A DNA stretch of 64,000 bases from Acidobacteriota bacterium (GTDB lineage: Bacteria > Acidobacteriota > UBA4820 > DSQY01), in contig JBFMHB010000004.1 in assembly GCA_040752915.1 (NCBI GenBank), forward strand, positions 752-64,751. The letters run 5' to 3'. Below the pieces are notes generated by a model. It did not search any database and was not told the DNA's origin. It saw only the letters and a program-made list of their open reading frames with translations. Each line of letters opens with the position of its first letter. The first letter of the stretch is position 1. Below, piece by piece: positions 61,970 through 64,000 of this stretch. The translations under genes were made by a program, and so were the position numbers.

Positions 61970-63751
61970 GTGAACGACGGCGGGTCCCGCGAGAGGAACG
62001 GGCGAACCATCGGCATCTTCTGGATTCTCTCCGTCCTGCTTCTGGCCCTGGTGGTCGTCCCCCTCGTCTCCTTCGCCTGGAAGACCATCTCGGTCAGCAA
62101 GGACACGATCGAGGAATCCCTGAGGGAGCGCCAGCTCAAGACGGCCCTGCCCGCGGCCGCCCACCTCCAGAACCTCATGGACGAATACCGCCGGCGCCTC
62201 CAGGACCTGGTGGCTTCCTTCGAGGTCTTCGCCAACGACGCCGACTACAAGGCCCGGTACGAAGACCTCCTCCAGCGCGGGATCCTGAGCCGGTTCCTCG
62301 CCGACGACACCCTCCTGCTCTCCTATCAGGACGCCGAGGGCGGGCACTTCACGGCTCCCTGGCGCGGCCTCCTCCCCGAGGAGCAGGGCCAGCTGACGAA
62401 CCACGTCCTTCCCCTCGGAGAGGAGGCCATCCGGACCGGCCGGCCCACCCTCTCCCGGATCTTCTTCCTCAAGCTCATCGCGTTGAAGGGGCTTCCCGAA
62501 CCCGCGGTGGCCGTGACCATCCCCGTCTCCTCCGGGGGGCGGCCCGTGGCGGCCATCACGGCCGTCTTTCTACTCCAGGGCATCCAGGACAGCCTGAAGG
62601 TGTACAGCCGGGAATTCACCCTCTACGTCACCGATACGGAGGGCCATCTGATCTTCCACTCCGAGAGGGCCCACCAGACCCAGGCCCAGGACCTCTCCTC
62701 GGACCCCGTGGTCCAGAGGGTCCTTTCTTCCGGGGTTCTCCCCACCAGCCCCGTGAATTTCAACGTGACCAAGCTCGTGGGAGAAAAGAAGAGGACCTTC
62801 CTGGTCACCTGCGCCCCGGTCACCACCTACGACTGGCTCCTCTTCTCGGAGGTGGACCGGGAAAACTACTATGCCCCCATCGTGCGGTTGAAGGCCCAGT
62901 CCACCTGGTGGGTGGCCCTCTCCATCGTGGGGGCCCTGGTCATCGGGATCTACCTGGCCCGGCTCATCACCCGGCCCATCACCACCCTCGTGGATGTGAG
63001 CCGGGACCTGGCTCGGGGAAACTTCTCCCGGCGGGCCGACGTGCGGAGCCTCACGGAAATCGGCGAACTCGGCCGGGCCTTCAACGCCATGGCCGGGGAG
63101 ATCGAGGAGTACATCCAGAAGGTCGAGGCGGCGGCGAAAGAGACCCAGCAGCTCTTCATGGACTCCATCCGCGCCATCGCCAACGCCCTGGACGCCAAGG
63201 ATCCTTACACCCGCGGCCATTCCGAACGGGTGTCGGCCTACTCCATGATCGTGGGCCAGGAATACGGCCTGGACGAGAGGTCCATGCGGATCATGGAGAT
63301 TGCCTCCCTCCTGCACGACGTGGGCAAGATCGGCATCGAGGATCGCATCCTGAGGAAACCCGGGGCCCTGACGGCGGAGGAGTTCGAGATCATGAAGACC
63401 CATCCCCCCAAGGGGGCCCAGATCCTCGGGTCCATTCCCCAGATGCGGGACATCATCCCCGGGATCCGGTTCCACCACGAGAAGTGGGCGGGTGGCGGCT
63501 ACCCGGACGGCCTCAAAGGCCAGTCCATCCCCCTCCTGGCGCGGATCATCGGGGTGGCGGACGCCTTCGACGCCATGACCACGAACCGCCCCTACCAAAA
63601 GGCCATGACGCCCGCCCAGGCGGCCGCCCGCATCAACGACTTGAAGGTCAGCGTGTACGACCCCCAGGTCGTGGAGGCCTTCAACCGGGCTTTCCAGAAG
63701 GGCCTGTTCGCGCCCTTCTTCCAGCCCGCCCACCAGAAACAGCCCGCGTGA
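61970..63751 (+). CDS. Membrane HD-GYP domain protein (extracytoplasmic Cache-like sensor, HAMP, HD-GYP c-di-GMP phosphodiesterase)
   Basis: 593 aa. HAMP (RPITTLVDVSRDLARGNFSRR ... LGRAFNAMAGEIEE) and HD-GYP (HSERVSAYS, LLHDVGKIGI, HHEKWAGGGYPDGL). Confidence 0.85.
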   Translation: MNDGGSRERNGRTIGIFWILSVLLLALVVVPLVSFAWKTISVSKDTIEESLRERQLKTALPAAAHLQNLMDEYRRRLQDLVASFEVFANDADYKARYEDLLQRGILSRFLADDTLLLSYQDAEGGHFTAPWRGLLPEEQGQLTNHVLPLGEEAIRTGRPTLSRIFFLKLIALKGLPEPAVAVTIPVSSGGRPVAAITAVFLLQGIQDSLKVYSREFTLYVTDTEGHLIFHSERAHQTQAQDLSSDPVVQRVLSSGVLPTSPVNFNVTKLVGEKKRTFLVTCAPVTTYDWLLFSEVDRENYYAPIVRLKAQSTWWVALSIVGALVIGIYLARLITRPITTLVDVSRDLARGNFSRRADVRSLTEIGELGRAFNAMAGEIEEYIQKVEAAAKETQQLFMDSIRAIANALDAKDPYTRGHSERVSAYSMIVGQEYGLDERSMRIMEIASLLHDVGKIGIEDRILRKPGALTAEEFEIMKTHPPKGAQILGSIPQMRDIIPGIRFHHEKWAGGGYPDGLKGQSIPLLARIIGVADAFDAMTTNRPYQKAMTPAQAAARINDLKVSVYDPQVVEAFNRAFQKGLFAPFFQPAHQKQPA

Positions 63752-63755
63752 ATGG

Positions 63756-63819
63756 GGGGACCGAGGGACCGGGTACAAGGGGAGTAGGGGATTAGGGCAC
63801 CGAGGGACAGGGAAACAGC
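63756..63819. repeat. 8-nt array GGGGAYNN, 8 in-register units
   Basis: GGGGACCG AGGGACCG GGTACAAG GGGAGTAG GGGATTAG GGCACCGA GGGACAGG GAAACAGC. It begins 5 nt after the HD-GYP stop. Confidence 0.8.
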
Positions 63820-63884
63820 CATCTCGCCCCTTTGCCTCTCCCGTTTTTCGTCCAACGTCTCACTTCTCTCGTCTAACGCTTCTA
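63820..63884. repeat. 7-nt array (CGTCYNA family), ~9 units
   Basis: ...TCGTCCA ACGTCTC ACTTCTC TCGTCTA ACGCTTC TA. It runs into the stop codon of the - strand kinase at 63882-63884. Confidence 0.8.
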
Positions 63885-64000
63885 TTTCGGCAGTTCCACG
63901 AGGACGTTGGAGCCGGGTTCCATGTTTTCGATGGCGATGCCTCCCCTGTACTTGGAGAGGACTTCCCGGACGAGGAAGAGCCCCATTCCGAAGCCTGGGG
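63882..64000 (-). CDS. Histidine kinase C-terminus (HATPase_c), partial; N-terminus beyond window end
   Basis: My - strand translation reads ...PGFGMGLFLVREVLSKYRGGIAIENMEPGSNVLVELPK*. This is a G2-box plus C-terminal strand typical of the HK ATPase domain. Confidence 0.7.
   Translation of the reverse strand, partial: PGFGMGLFLVREVLSKYRGGIAIENMEPGSNVLVELPK

Noticed and set aside
41464-63884. CRISPR array interpretation of the short repeats
   Set aside because: The period is 7-8 nt with no unique spacers of ~30 nt. No cas genes are in the window.

Overview
High-GC bacterial chromosomal window with no rRNA, tRNA or CRISPR that I could find. Its core (11.0-30.5 kb, + strand) is one contiguous dissimilatory sulfur-metabolism supercluster. 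The order is aprBA, two small Cys-rich genes, qmoABC, dsrAB, dsrD, a small helical protein, dsrL, dsrC, dsrT and dsrMKJOP. A TauE/SafE-type permease module lies just upstream of it. Upstream of that (1-8.5 kb, - strand) a two-component operon encloses two translationally coupled PpsA-like dikinase paralogs. Downstream come housekeeping and accessory genes: a THUMP-methyltransferase-GNAT fusion, DUF1287, a CHMI-like protein, a cupin, lipoproteins, an FmdB zinc ribbon, squalene synthase, a secreted beta-helix protein and an ABC importer. Next is a near-perfect 2978-bp tandem duplication of a 920-930 aa Ser/Thr kinase gene, convergent with an FHA-sigma54 activator. The window ends with the sucA-sucB-lpdA 2-oxoglutarate dehydrogenase operon, a GT2 glycosyltransferase, pepA, dxs, an HD-GYP protein and a partial histidine kinase. 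The most unusual non-genic signal is that most of the larger intergenic gaps from 41 kb onward, plus the qmoB-qmoC gap, are filled with in-register 7-nt and 8-nt tandem arrays. Examples are GGGGACTN, GAGTAGGT, GAAGGCGN, GGGATTT/GGGGATT and CGTCTNA. Some are organised as a dispersed composite element, and some supply the stop codons and last residues of genes. Other oddities are an ~0.85 kb non-coding tract with two copies of a 96-nt element, and a 77-bp duplicated lpdA 3' end flanking a small inverted-repeat-bearing insert. All calls come from reading the sequence and translations; no database search was run.
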